Made by a program: the position numbers and the translations under genes | The notes under the pieces: model-generated | Told to the model about the DNA's origin: nothing | Seen by the model: only the letters and a program-made list of their open reading frames with translations | Database searches by the model: none | Virus record (IMG/VR): IMGVR_UViG_3300008005_000048 | Span: 1 to 32,265 of that record | Source: a virus | Taxonomy: Duplodnaviria; Caudoviricetes | Reading direction: 5' to 3' (one strand) | Length of the DNA: 32,265 nucleotides | Part shown: one piece after another, positions 8,099 through 18,296 of the stretch | Position numbering within the stretch: position 1 is the stretch's first letter | Layout: each line of letters begins with the position of its first letter

Positions 8099-9042
8099 AT
8101 TCGTCTATGACCACCGTCCGCTTCCAACTTGGCGAGTATCGAGACGTGGAAGACTTGGTGGACATCACCAAGGCGTTATTGACCATGCCTGACGTGGTGG
8201 CCGGGCTGAATGGGCAGCTTGCCAAGGCCATGAAGCCGGGCAGCGTGTCAACCGGCGGCCTCGCCGGAAAAGCACTCCAGCGGGAGAAGGACGCGGCGAA
8301 GACACGGATCGTTGAATTGCAGGGTGACTTCCGGGAGCGGTTCAACGACCACGTGCAGGACTGGCGGGACTCCGTGGATCGGTATCATTCCATCTACGCG
8401 AAGAGTCCAGACGCAGCGAAGGAGTACCTGGCGCAACAAGAAAAGAAGCTGCTTTACCGTGCGCGGCGAGACATCCGCATTGCGTACCGTGACATGTTCG
8501 AGCAAGGCAAACGAAGCGCCGGAAATCTCCTGTCGATGGACACGTCCGAGGGGAAGTTACTTGAGAGATTGCGTCGGGATGAGTTTCTCTACCTGAGGAA
8601 CTTCATGGCTGACATCCGGCATGGGTCCGGGAAGATGGACTATGGCGAGAGAGCAAACCTGTATGGAAACGCAGCGGGCGAGGCAGCATGGGCGGGATTT
8701 GTGGCAGGGGACCTATCCCATGATCGTTGGCTAAAGTGGGTCTGGTCGCCAGAGTCCGAGCATTGCGTTGATTGCGAGAAGTTGTCAAAGGCCGGTCGAT
8801 GGAAGGACGGTATCTACTCCGCCAATGAACTGATGCGGATGGGCGTGTTTCCGGGTTCCGGGAAGCTGACCTGCACCACGCGCTGCAACTGTCGCTTGGA
8901 AGAGACGAAGCTCCGACGCAAGTTCAAGGAGTCGGGACCAATCAAACCTTTTGAGACAGCGGAACGAAAGCCGTCGATTCGCCCCCACTTGGAACGTCAG
9001 AAGCCGAGATACAAGCACAAGTGGGCTGGAAGGGTAAAATGA
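8095..9042 (+). CDS. MuF/SPP1 gp7-like head morphogenesis (minor head) protein
   Basis: Immediately after the portal (ATGA overlap). C-terminal KWVWSPESEHCVDC...PGSGKLTCTTRCNCRLE matches the MuF Cys/His pattern. Confidence 0.7.
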   Translation: MNSSMTTVRFQLGEYRDVEDLVDITKALLTMPDVVAGLNGQLAKAMKPGSVSTGGLAGKALQREKDAAKTRIVELQGDFRERFNDHVQDWRDSVDRYHSIYAKSPDAAKEYLAQQEKKLLYRARRDIRIAYRDMFEQGKRSAGNLLSMDTSEGKLLERLRRDEFLYLRNFMADIRHGSGKMDYGERANLYGNAAGEAAWAGFVAGDLSHDRWLKWVWSPESEHCVDCEKLSKAGRWKDGIYSANELMRMGVFPGSGKLTCTTRCNCRLEETKLRRKFKESGPIKPFETAERKPSIRPHLERQKPRYKHKWAGRVK

Positions 9043-10550
9043 GCGTTGATATGTGTCAATTCCGCATGGGCATGAAGGTTGAGCGCGAACACACTGACGT
9101 TGTGGCGAACGACCCCGACGGGGCAATGAAGTCTATCGCCCGGATAGTTCTCGCGCACCTGAAGGAAGACCCGCAGTACTATACCAAGCTGACGCGGATA
9201 GAGAAGTCGTTACAGCGTGATTTTCACTTGGAAGGTGGACAGGGATCAGCGCATAAGGGCGCGCATAAACGGGCAGGGAAGGCCGGTGCGCCAGTGGCGG
9301 TGCCGCGACAGAAAACGTCGAAGCAAGCTCCTACCGCTGAACGTAAGCCAGAAGACCCTGACAATATACGTCCCCATGAAATGACGCATAAGGAGTTCAA
9401 AGACGCTCATGACAAAGTGAGGTTGTCTATCGTGGATTACAGCAGTGACTTTCGTGACAACATAAAAGCATTGCAGGATGCAGGATGGGCCGTTTACCGC
9501 AATCTGAATAACATCAATCGGTATTACGCCGAAGGATATGAGGGGAAGGCGGTTATGCCCCATGTTGGTTTATCCTGTCCAAGATTGAAGGGCAACGTAG
9601 GAAAACGCGAAATAAAGTCATTCCCAAAGGGGAGGCAAATGACTGGGAACCTACCCGATGCGCCATCACATAGGTTTTATGTAATGCAAGCGGTCGAACA
9701 ACATAGATATGTCTCACCCGAGGTCCTTGCTGAGTATCCCGATATCGCGGAAGCATACAAAGGTATGTTGAAGGCATTGTTTACCCCGACTTCCAATGAA
9801 GAGGTTGCAGCCATGTGGCGAGCGCAAGCGGCCGCGTGTGGCTCTTCACTCCTCGTTAAATCCGGCAAGTCGTTTCGCCTGTGGTTCCCGTTTGTCTGGT
9901 GCAGGTCACAACTGTCTCTCTTCGACAACGCGCCAAGCGCGCAGCAGCCACACCATCTTGTTGGCGGGTACGGGTCTTCTCACCGCGGGGCGAAACACGC
10001 GCCGGGGAAGGCGGCAGAAAAGACCCGCGGCATTACCCCTGCGCATGGCCGCGAGGTCAAGCGGGCCCTCGCGGAAGGAAAGCAGGTCCCACCTGAAGTG
10101 CTGGCAGACTACCCGGAACTCGCAGCGAAGGAGGCGGCCTTCAGTAGGCAGCCGGACAAACTGATTTTCAATGAAGAATACGATGGGCCACGGCATACCT
10201 ACGGGATGAAACATCGACCGCCGGGGTACGGAAACATACCTAAGGGATTCATCATCGGGTCTGATAAACCACACCACAAATTCACTTATGGAACGATTGA
10301 CTATTCCGTCCCATTGACTCAACACGAAAAGGATTCCTACGAGCTAACCTCAGTGGACGTGAATGCCGACCTTCTGCCTCCGATTCCCGATTCGCTGAAA
10401 TCGTACGATGAGGAAAAGCTGACAGACAAGGCATGGGCAAAGGACATGCTGAAGGATTTGCACGATTACAGTAAGGAAGACCCCGACAACAAAGACATTG
10501 AGGAAGCGCAGCGTTGGTTAATGAAGGTATACCCAGACATTCGTTATTGA
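9039..10550 (+). CDS. modular head-associated protein: DUF5661-like N-terminus, repeated peptide tags, DarA C-terminal-like domain
   Basis: MGMKVEREHTD...LAHLKEDPQYYTKL is DUF5661-like. YGMKHRPPGYGNIPKGF...YGTIDYSVPLTQHEKDSYEL (~10197-10356) is DarA_C-like. ATGA coupling at 9039. Confidence 0.7.
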   Translation: MSVDMCQFRMGMKVEREHTDVVANDPDGAMKSIARIVLAHLKEDPQYYTKLTRIEKSLQRDFHLEGGQGSAHKGAHKRAGKAGAPVAVPRQKTSKQAPTAERKPEDPDNIRPHEMTHKEFKDAHDKVRLSIVDYSSDFRDNIKALQDAGWAVYRNLNNINRYYAEGYEGKAVMPHVGLSCPRLKGNVGKREIKSFPKGRQMTGNLPDAPSHRFYVMQAVEQHRYVSPEVLAEYPDIAEAYKGMLKALFTPTSNEEVAAMWRAQAAACGSSLLVKSGKSFRLWFPFVWCRSQLSLFDNAPSAQQPHHLVGGYGSSHRGAKHAPGKAAEKTRGITPAHGREVKRALAEGKQVPPEVLADYPELAAKEAAFSRQPDKLIFNEEYDGPRHTYGMKHRPPGYGNIPKGFIIGSDKPHHKFTYGTIDYSVPLTQHEKDSYELTSVDVNADLLPPIPDSLKSYDEEKLTDKAWAKDMLKDLHDYSKEDPDNKDIEEAQRWLMKVYPDIRY

Positions 10551-10577
10551 CTGACGCTAAACCAATGGTAACGCACT

Positions 10578-13500
10578 ATGAATAGACTCCTGCTATCATT
10601 CATCCCAGACTTCGCGAAGGCACGCATGGGACTGGTACAACAGAAAGTGCCTGTTCATCGGGATACGGGCATCACCTACGAGACTCGATGGATTGACCCG
10701 CGTAAGGATCAGCTTTCGTTGTTCGGCGCGGAGAAACCTGAAGAGTCCATCAAGCGGGTACGGACGCGCAAGCCAGCAGCACCGAAGACCAAGACCACAG
10801 CGACGCTCCCGCAGTTTGCAGGGGCCAAAGACGAGAAGACACAACTGTCGTTGCTGTTCAACTTCGATGAACCGACCAAGGAGGAAACACCCAATGACCA
10901 ACGATTACTATTCGACCCTCTTCATGGAGACGTGGCGGGAAGCACAGCCCAAGACGTACCGCCAGTGGAAGCGCGAGGGCGTACTCGACCAGAAGGCGAG
11001 CGAAGCAAGCGAGAAGATCAAGGACAAGGTGGCAACACTGGTATCACAGGGGCTGGACCTGTGCGAAGCGAGGGAGATCGCCTACCCGATGTACCTGTAC
11101 CCCCCGCAGAGCAACTGACACCTGTTCCAGCATTCCAAGCAACGAGCCTGACCGAACGCCTGAATGACATTAACAACGACCAGGATGTTGTTCTCAAGCT
11201 GTCTGACCGTATTGGCGAAGGTAGCGTAAAGGACAAAGCGCGTGATAACCTTGCTGCGCTTGACCTTGTCGCAACGCTGGAAGCGGAACAACGGGACCCC
11301 ACTGAACAAGAACGTCGGGTATTGTCCCGATGGGTGGGTTGGGGTGCATTCGGGCAGGTGTTTCACCCGAAGTTTGAGAAGTATGACTGGTACGATGACT
11401 ACAAGGACATTCCAGACTACGTTCGGGCGAAATGGTCAGGTGCGGACGAGAAGCACTTTCAACTCCGCCAGGAGATCAAGTCGCGCCTGTCAGAAGATGA
11501 CTTCGAGGCTGCCTATAAATCCTCGCTCAACGCACACTTTACCTCCCCTCCCGTTGTCAGAGCGATGTGGGACATGGTTCATAGACTTGGGTTCACCGGC
11601 GGGCGTGTCCTTGAGCCTGCAATGGGGCATGGGAGCTTCTTCGGTTTTCAGCCTCCCGCATCGAGCAACAGATCCCGCAGGACCGGGGTAGAACTGGAGC
11701 CATTCACCGGGAAGATTGCTAAATGGCTGTACCCGGCAGCGGACGTGAAGATTCAAGGGTTTGAGGAAACAACACTCCCCAACGACTACTTCGACCTCGC
11801 CATTTCCAATGTGCCTTTTGGGAACTTCCCCGTTCACGATGCTGAATTCAATCGGACCAACCGCGGGTGGCTGACAAAACAGATTCATAACTACTTCTTT
11901 GCCAAGTCCATCGACAAGGTTCGTCCTGGGGGTCTGGTGGCATTCATCACCTCGCATCACACGATGGACGCCCCCTCTCACAAGGCATTCCGGGAGTACT
12001 TGGAAGATCAGTCTGACCTTGTGGCGGCAATTCGACTGCCGAACGATGCCTTTGCCGGTAACGCCGGAACTCGCGTGACCACGGACATTCTCATTCTTCA
12101 GAAGCACGATCCATCCGATCCGGCGTTTGAGTCCCTTCACCCACGAGACGCAGAAGGGCGGTTCATTCGCAAGTGGTCTGATACGGTTAAGATCAATGTT
12201 CCACATGGCGACGGTGGGGAACAGGAGATTGACCTGAACCAGTATTTCGCTGTTCACCCGGAGATGATGCTGGGGGTCATGGGGGCAGGTAGTGGCTTTG
12301 GGCAGATGTCGGAAAAGGAATCCGGCATGAAAAGCGATGGAAGAGACTTGGCGAAAGCGATGGAGGAACTTACAGCCTCGCTCCCTGAAGGCATTATGAC
12401 CCAGGCTTCTGCCGAGACTGAGCAATTCCAGAAAGCAGCAGAAGAGGCCATATTGGCTACTGACGGTACAAAGGTTGGCGCCTTTGTCGTTGAAGATGGG
12501 AAGCTGTACCGTGCAAAGCAGGGGTCTCTCGATTCCCCCAAGACACTTGTGGAAGTAAAGGCGGCGGGTAAGAAACGGGAGTGCATGATCGACATGGTGT
12601 CGCTGCGACAGAGTGCGCTCAACCTGATTGCCGAGCAATACCGAACGGGTTCCGATGAACAGTTGCCGAGGTTGCAAGAACAGCTTAATCGTGAGTACGA
12701 TGCCTTCGTTAAGAAGTTTGGCAACCTTCACGACAAAGCAAACGTTCGCGCGTTTCAAGATGACCCGGACTGTGGTCTGGTACTGAGTCTGGAACGGATC
12801 AATGCAGACACTGGCGAAGTAACCAAAGCTGACATCTTCGACAAGCGAACCATTCTCCCCGCAATGCGGATAGAATCGGCGGATACTCCACTTGATGCTC
12901 TCGGTGTCGTTCGCAACGAGAAGGGTGAGATTGACTGGCAGCGCATGAGCGAACTCCTCCGTCGTCCGGCGAACGATATTCGTGATGAACTGGCAGCAGC
13001 CGGACATATCTATCGGGACCCCAGCAGGGCAAGTGATCCGGTAACTGCCGGATGGGTGATGGCTGAAGAATACCTGTCCGGGGAAGTCCGAGAGAAACTA
13101 CGACAGGCTGAATCAGTAGCCGCAACCGACAAGGACTACCAGCGCAACGTCGAATCCCTCCAACTGGTGCAACCGAAAGACCTGACTCCTGACCAGATTT
13201 CCGTTAGACTTGGAGCCAACTGGATACCGCTGGAGTACATCAACGCATTTGTGAACGAGACGTTCAAGAACCGTGGGTACAATGCGAAAGATATGGTCAC
13301 GTATGACCGTACAACCGGCACATGGAAAGTTCAGGCGTTCCCCTCGTATTTCAAAGACAGATACGAGAACAACACCCTTTGGGGAACCTACCGCCTGTCT
13401 GGTCGGGACGTGTTGTTAGGCTGCCTGAATATCAGAGACATCACGGTCTACGACTCAATAATGGACGACGAGGGCAAAAACAAGAAGGTCGTCAACCAGA

Positions 13501-16500
13501 AGGAAACGGCGGCGGCCCGTGACAAGCAACAACAGATGCAGGAAGTGTTCAAGCAATGGCTGTGGCAGGATTTTGACCGGGCGCACGCCTGCGTGAGAAT
13601 CTACAACGACACATTCAACGACTACCGCATTCGTGAGTACGATGGGTCTCACCTGACGCTGCCTGGAATGGCTGCGCACATTGGCGGGACAAACCTTCGC
13701 AAGCACATCTATGACGTAGTATGGCGGGCAATATCGGAGGGAAACTGCCTATTTGACCACACTGTAGGAGCCGGTAAGACAAGGGCTATTGCCGCGACGG
13801 CAATGGAATTGCGGCGACTTGGTCTGGCCAAGAAGCCGATGGTCGTTGTTCCGAATCACATGATCGCTCAATGGGATCGTGAGTTCAGGGAGTTCTATCC
13901 CGGCGCGAAGATTCTCACTGTCTGGCAGAAGTCGTGGTCCCCGAAGAAACGCAAAGAATTGACCGCACAGATCGCTACTGGTGATTGGGATGCTGTCATT
14001 ATGACGCATTCTTCCTTCGAGAGAATCCCCATTGGAAAAGACATCCTGAGGGCGAGCTTCAAGGAGCAGATTGCTGACATTGAGGCAACGATTCGCGATG
14101 CTGGTTACTCTCCTGAAGCACTGAAGGCAATGAGTGGGGATGACCAAGGCCTGAAGAAGGATAAGACTGCCAAAGAACTGAAGAAGCAGTTGGAAACCCT
14201 TGAGGTCAATCTGAAGAACGCTCTCGACAAGGTAAAGGAAAAGCAGGATACCGCGCTGAACTTTGATAAACTCGGGGTGGATGCTCTATTGGTTGATGAG
14301 GCCCACAATTACAAGAACCTGTTCTTCGCTTCCAAACTGAAAGGCGTGTCGGGTTTGTCTGGTTCCGCGTCTGCCAAAGCGATGGACATGTTCGTCAAGT
14401 CGCAGTGGATGCAAAAGAAGAATGGCGGGCGAGGTCTGATTTTTGCTACAGGTACGCCGATTGCGAACTCCGTGGCTGAGATGTGGACCATGATGCGTTA
14501 CCTCGCAGCCCCCATGCTCAAGCGAAAGGGAATGAATCTCTTTGACTCATGGGCTGCCACGTTTGGCCGCACAGTGACGAAGCTGGAAAAGGCCCCTGAA
14601 GGCGGGTATCGTCCACGGACAAGGTTTAGCCGGTTTGAGAATGTCCCCGAAATGGTGAAGATGTACCGGAAGATCGCTGACGTGAAGACGAGAGAAGACC
14701 TTCCCTATCTGCCCATCCCTGAACATGAGAACATCAACCATGCGGTCCCCTCGTCTGACGCGACAAAGGCGTACATGGAGACGATCATTGACAGGGCAAA
14801 GGCTATCCGGTCTGGCCAAGTGCAACGAGATGAAGACAACATGCTGGCAATCTGCACCGATGCTCGGAAAGCGTCTCTCGACATCCGGTTGGTACGTCCG
14901 GGCGCTCCTGACGATCCTAACAGCAAAGTCAACGAGTGCGTTCGCCGCATTCATGGTATCTGGCAGGACAAAGCCGATGACAAAGCGACGCAGTTGGTGT
15001 TCATTGACATGGGTGTCCCAAAACGAAAGAAGGGAATGACCGCAGAAGAGGCGGAAGCGCAGGGCGATGCGGAGGAGACTCTTACAGACAGCATCTATCA
15101 AGACATCAAACGCAAACTCCTTGCCCGTGGGATTCCTGAAAGCGAGGTCGCCTTTGTTCACGACTTCAAGACCGATGAGAAGAAGAAGCAACTCTCCGAC
15201 ATGATGAACTCCGGCAAGATCCGGGTGCTAATTGGGTCTACTGAGAAGATGGGGTCCGGGCTGAACGTACAGGAACGACTCTTTGCTCTCCATCACATTG
15301 ATTGCCCGTGGCGCCCTGCTGACATTGAGCAACGAGAAGGACGCATCATCCGACAGGGGAACATGTATAAAGAGAAGGGTGTCCCCGTGCAGGTGCATCG
15401 TTATGCGACCGTGGACTCCTTCGATGAATACATGTGGCAGACGATCACTGAAAAGGCGAAGTTCATTGCACAGGCTCGTCGAGGCGACGCGTCGGTCCGG
15501 GAGATGGAAGACGCTGGCGATATGGTGATGACTGCGAACGAAATGCTGGCCGTAGCTTCCGGGAACCCGCTTATCAAGGAAAAGATGGAGATTGAGGCGG
15601 ACCTGAACCATTTGGGCAACCTGAAGCTGGCACATCAAAGGAGTCAGTACCTCGCTCAGGATCGTATCATCAAGATGACTCAGAAGAATTTGGAACTGGC
15701 AGAACGACATCGGCTTGAGGGAGACGTGCAGAAGCACTACGAAAGCCACAAGCCAGAGAAGTTCGCCATTCGCATTGGTGGACAGACTTTCGACAGCCAG
15801 GAGAAGGCCGTTCCCGTTCTCGTGCAATCCATTCACACGGGGTGGCCCGATGCGGTGAAGGCTGGGCGAGGCGTGCAGGTTGGAGAGTATGCCGGCTTTC
15901 CTTTATTCGTAGTAGATCACAAGTTACAAGCTGGGCTGGCCGTGAAGCTCCCCGATGGAAGACAAGTAGGGGTGCTTGATGCTGACAAGCTGTCTGGCAG
16001 TGCTGATAGTATCATGGGCAGCATTCGCGGCGTACTCCGCGTAACCCCTGAAAGTCTGGAGAGAATCCAGAAGGACATTCAAGCAAACAAGGCAGACATG
16101 GAACGGTTTCAGTCAGATATCGGTAAGCCGTTTGACCGAGAAGAGAAGTTGAGGGCGATGGAAGCGCGTAAGCGCGAAATTGACGAGGCGCTGGGCAAGA
16201 TGGACTCCGACGCCGAAGACATTGAAGATACGGTCGAGAAATCCTTCAACCTCTATTTCAAGAGCCTCACCGTTCACCAGCCATTCTGGCTGTGGTTTCC
16301 GTTTCACAAGTCGCAATTGGGGTTTGACTTCGGGGGTAGTATGTCTCCGCCGGTGCATCTCGAAGGTGGAACCGGATCGAGCCACAAGGGAAGTCACCGG
16401 CGACCGGGGAAGAAGACTGTCAAGAAGCAGAATGCTCCCGTCTCCGTGAAAGAGCCGTTGGTAGACTACCCGGATTTGGCGAGCAAAGAACCACCGCGAC

Positions 16501-18296
16501 ACGTTGCCCGAAAAGTGAAGGAACTCAACAAGAAGATTTGGCATGGTCGAAGGTACGGCATGGATGCTGCATACGATCGTGCTATTAACGATGGTGGTCG
16601 CGCCATCCGAGAGAAGGAAGCAGAACTGCTGGCGCTGAGACAAGAGCGCGATGAATTGCTGCGGCCATACCGCGCTGCTGCAAGCATGGGGAAGTCCCTC
16701 GTCAAGCAGTACCAGCGGAAGGACCCCAATACGGGGAAAATGATCACCGTCAAGGAACATACGGACAAGCGCGTCAAAAGACAGATGGCAGCTCCGACTG
16801 GCAGAACCAAGGCTCCACGGGCGGCGCCAGTTGCCGTGTCTCGTCCTTCGTCTCAAAAGCCTGCGAGTGGTTCCAGGCGGCAACCGCACCCATTGACATC
16901 AAAATACCACGAGGGCGTTGTTGCCCGCATAAATTCTCTCAGCCGCACGGCGTCTTCGGGGAAGATCGACACATCCGGCTCGTCCGGGAAAGCCGGACTT
17001 GGACAAGATACCACCGCGGAACAAAAGCTGGCGTTGACAAAGCGGAACACGCATAACGCGTTGAACATGGTCGCCCATGTTGCCGGGCGCAAGGGAACGC
17101 TGTTCACGCCCGAAGGCGTTATGCGATTGATGGACTCAGTGAACGTTGCGATCAATAAGGGACTTGTACCTGAAGGGACGCTCATGCGGACCGGCGATTC
17201 CGACAAGTTTCCATACACGAAAGTTGCAAAGCTCCCTGCCGCCAAGCAAGCCTTTGTAACCGAGTTGGCCAAACGGCTCAATGCCAATGAAGACCCGGTA
17301 GAGACCGGCGCTTTCATTCACTGGCGCATGAACTTTCTTGACCATTTCTATCAGGATGGCGTAGGTCGTTCAACAGAGATTCTGGCAGCGTTGCCCTTTA
17401 TGCGTGCGGGGAAACCGTTGCCGCGTCCAGCCGGTAGCCGGATGGAACACTTTGCATACGCTCCAAAGGAAGCGGGCGACACCGAGCAGTCCTACCGCAA
17501 GTTTGTGGACTACTACCGAAAGTTGTCCAGGGCGTCTACTGATTTCAATGGGCAACCTGCCAATCCTGATGGCGCTGACACATACGAGCAATACAGAACC
17601 GCGGAGGGAGAATGGACGCCTGAGAGATTGGCGTTGCATGACAAGATCGAAGCGGCGTTTTTTGATGGGAAGAAACCATCCGAATCTCCGGTGAGTTTTC
17701 TCATGGGTGGCGGCCCGGCTTCTGGTAAATCAACGATCCTGAAGTCTGGTGAGGTTACGATCCCCGACGATGTTGTGATGGTTGACAGTGACGAAATCAA
17801 AGCGCACTTGCCGGAATACAACGCGATGGTGTCGCAAAAAGACACCAGGGCAGCCGTGTACGTGCATGAAGAATCATCCTATCTTTCCAAGCGCATCATG
17901 GCCCGTTCCGCGGAAGAAGGATTCCATACCTTGGTGGACGGTACGGGGGACAACAGCATTGAAAACGTGCGAAAGAAGGTCAATGCGTTGCGCGCCAAGG
18001 GGCAAAAGGTCGTTGCGCACTACGTAACAGTCCCTACCGATATGGCCGTGGAGAGAGCGGGCGCACGAGCTAAACAGACAGGGCGCGTTGTCCCGGAGAG
18101 TTTCATCCGTGCTACCCATGCAAGCGTTAGCCGCGTCATGCAGGAAGCCGTTAGCGAAGGACTCTTTGATGAATTGACGTTGTGGGATACGAGGCACGAC
18201 AAGCCCGTGAAGGTTATCAGTTCACAAGGAAAGAAAGTAACTGTCCACGATCACGGATTGTGGGATGAGTTTATCGCGAAGGGGAGTGAGGCGTAG
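10578..18296 (+). CDS. 2572-aa polyvalent protein: DarB-like N6A methyltransferase + SF2/SNF2 helicase + Fic domain + zeta-toxin-like kinase
   Basis: MTase VLEPAMGHG (~11607) and NVPF (11808). Helicase GAGKT (13767), DEAH (14295), GSGLNVQ, WRPADIEQREGRIIRQGN. Fic-like HFYQDGVGR (17343). Zeta-like GGGPASGKST (17706), VDSDEIK, HEESS, TGRVVP. Confidence 0.92.
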   Translation: MNRLLLSFIPDFAKARMGLVQQKVPVHRDTGITYETRWIDPRKDQLSLFGAEKPEESIKRVRTRKPAAPKTKTTATLPQFAGAKDEKTQLSLLFNFDEPTKEETPNDQRLLFDPLHGDVAGSTAQDVPPVEARGRTRPEGERSKREDQGQGGNTGITGAGPVRSEGDRLPDVPVPPAEQLTPVPAFQATSLTERLNDINNDQDVVLKLSDRIGEGSVKDKARDNLAALDLVATLEAEQRDPTEQERRVLSRWVGWGAFGQVFHPKFEKYDWYDDYKDIPDYVRAKWSGADEKHFQLRQEIKSRLSEDDFEAAYKSSLNAHFTSPPVVRAMWDMVHRLGFTGGRVLEPAMGHGSFFGFQPPASSNRSRRTGVELEPFTGKIAKWLYPAADVKIQGFEETTLPNDYFDLAISNVPFGNFPVHDAEFNRTNRGWLTKQIHNYFFAKSIDKVRPGGLVAFITSHHTMDAPSHKAFREYLEDQSDLVAAIRLPNDAFAGNAGTRVTTDILILQKHDPSDPAFESLHPRDAEGRFIRKWSDTVKINVPHGDGGEQEIDLNQYFAVHPEMMLGVMGAGSGFGQMSEKESGMKSDGRDLAKAMEELTASLPEGIMTQASAETEQFQKAAEEAILATDGTKVGAFVVEDGKLYRAKQGSLDSPKTLVEVKAAGKKRECMIDMVSLRQSALNLIAEQYRTGSDEQLPRLQEQLNREYDAFVKKFGNLHDKANVRAFQDDPDCGLVLSLERINADTGEVTKADIFDKRTILPAMRIESADTPLDALGVVRNEKGEIDWQRMSELLRRPANDIRDELAAAGHIYRDPSRASDPVTAGWVMAEEYLSGEVREKLRQAESVAATDKDYQRNVESLQLVQPKDLTPDQISVRLGANWIPLEYINAFVNETFKNRGYNAKDMVTYDRTTGTWKVQAFPSYFKDRYENNTLWGTYRLSGRDVLLGCLNIRDITVYDSIMDDEGKNKKVVNQKETAAARDKQQQMQEVFKQWLWQDFDRAHACVRIYNDTFNDYRIREYDGSHLTLPGMAAHIGGTNLRKHIYDVVWRAISEGNCLFDHTVGAGKTRAIAATAMELRRLGLAKKPMVVVPNHMIAQWDREFREFYPGAKILTVWQKSWSPKKRKELTAQIATGDWDAVIMTHSSFERIPIGKDILRASFKEQIADIEATIRDAGYSPEALKAMSGDDQGLKKDKTAKELKKQLETLEVNLKNALDKVKEKQDTALNFDKLGVDALLVDEAHNYKNLFFASKLKGVSGLSGSASAKAMDMFVKSQWMQKKNGGRGLIFATGTPIANSVAEMWTMMRYLAAPMLKRKGMNLFDSWAATFGRTVTKLEKAPEGGYRPRTRFSRFENVPEMVKMYRKIADVKTREDLPYLPIPEHENINHAVPSSDATKAYMETIIDRAKAIRSGQVQRDEDNMLAICTDARKASLDIRLVRPGAPDDPNSKVNECVRRIHGIWQDKADDKATQLVFIDMGVPKRKKGMTAEEAEAQGDAEETLTDSIYQDIKRKLLARGIPESEVAFVHDFKTDEKKKQLSDMMNSGKIRVLIGSTEKMGSGLNVQERLFALHHIDCPWRPADIEQREGRIIRQGNMYKEKGVPVQVHRYATVDSFDEYMWQTITEKAKFIAQARRGDASVREMEDAGDMVMTANEMLAVASGNPLIKEKMEIEADLNHLGNLKLAHQRSQYLAQDRIIKMTQKNLELAERHRLEGDVQKHYESHKPEKFAIRIGGQTFDSQEKAVPVLVQSIHTGWPDAVKAGRGVQVGEYAGFPLFVVDHKLQAGLAVKLPDGRQVGVLDADKLSGSADSIMGSIRGVLRVTPESLERIQKDIQANKADMERFQSDIGKPFDREEKLRAMEARKREIDEALGKMDSDAEDIEDTVEKSFNLYFKSLTVHQPFWLWFPFHKSQLGFDFGGSMSPPVHLEGGTGSSHKGSHRRPGKKTVKKQNAPVSVKEPLVDYPDLASKEPPRHVARKVKELNKKIWHGRRYGMDAAYDRAINDGGRAIREKEAELLALRQERDELLRPYRAAASMGKSLVKQYQRKDPNTGKMITVKEHTDKRVKRQMAAPTGRTKAPRAAPVAVSRPSSQKPASGSRRQPHPLTSKYHEGVVARINSLSRTASSGKIDTSGSSGKAGLGQDTTAEQKLALTKRNTHNALNMVAHVAGRKGTLFTPEGVMRLMDSVNVAINKGLVPEGTLMRTGDSDKFPYTKVAKLPAAKQAFVTELAKRLNANEDPVETGAFIHWRMNFLDHFYQDGVGRSTEILAALPFMRAGKPLPRPAGSRMEHFAYAPKEAGDTEQSYRKFVDYYRKLSRASTDFNGQPANPDGADTYEQYRTAEGEWTPERLALHDKIEAAFFDGKKPSESPVSFLMGGGPASGKSTILKSGEVTIPDDVVMVDSDEIKAHLPEYNAMVSQKDTRAAVYVHEESSYLSKRIMARSAEEGFHTLVDGTGDNSIENVRKKVNALRAKGQKVVAHYVTVPTDMAVERAGARAKQTGRVVPESFIRATHASVSRVMQEAVSEGLFDELTLWDTRHDKPVKVISSQGKKVTVHDHGLWDEFIAKGSEA
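10894..11118 (+). CDS. nested out-of-frame gene (74 aa, TnpV-like helical protein) inside the DarB-like gene
   Basis: AAGGAGG at 10878-10884, ATG at 10894. The product MTNDYYSTLFMETWREAQPKTYRQWKREGVLDQKASEASEKIKDKVATLVSQGLDLCEAREIAYPMYLYPPQSN looks globular, while the host frame here is a disordered linker. Confidence 0.65.
   Translation: MTNDYYSTLFMETWREAQPKTYRQWKREGVLDQKASEASEKIKDKVATLVSQGLDLCEAREIAYPMYLYPPQSN

Noticed and set aside
11490-13007. 505-aa minus-strand ORF, and the many other minus-strand ORFs (e.g. 24564-25433, 16113-16889, 28095-28865)
   Set aside because: They are antisense shadows of strongly supported + strand genes, with no recognisable motifs or RBS. Such shadows are expected from codon bias at this GC content.
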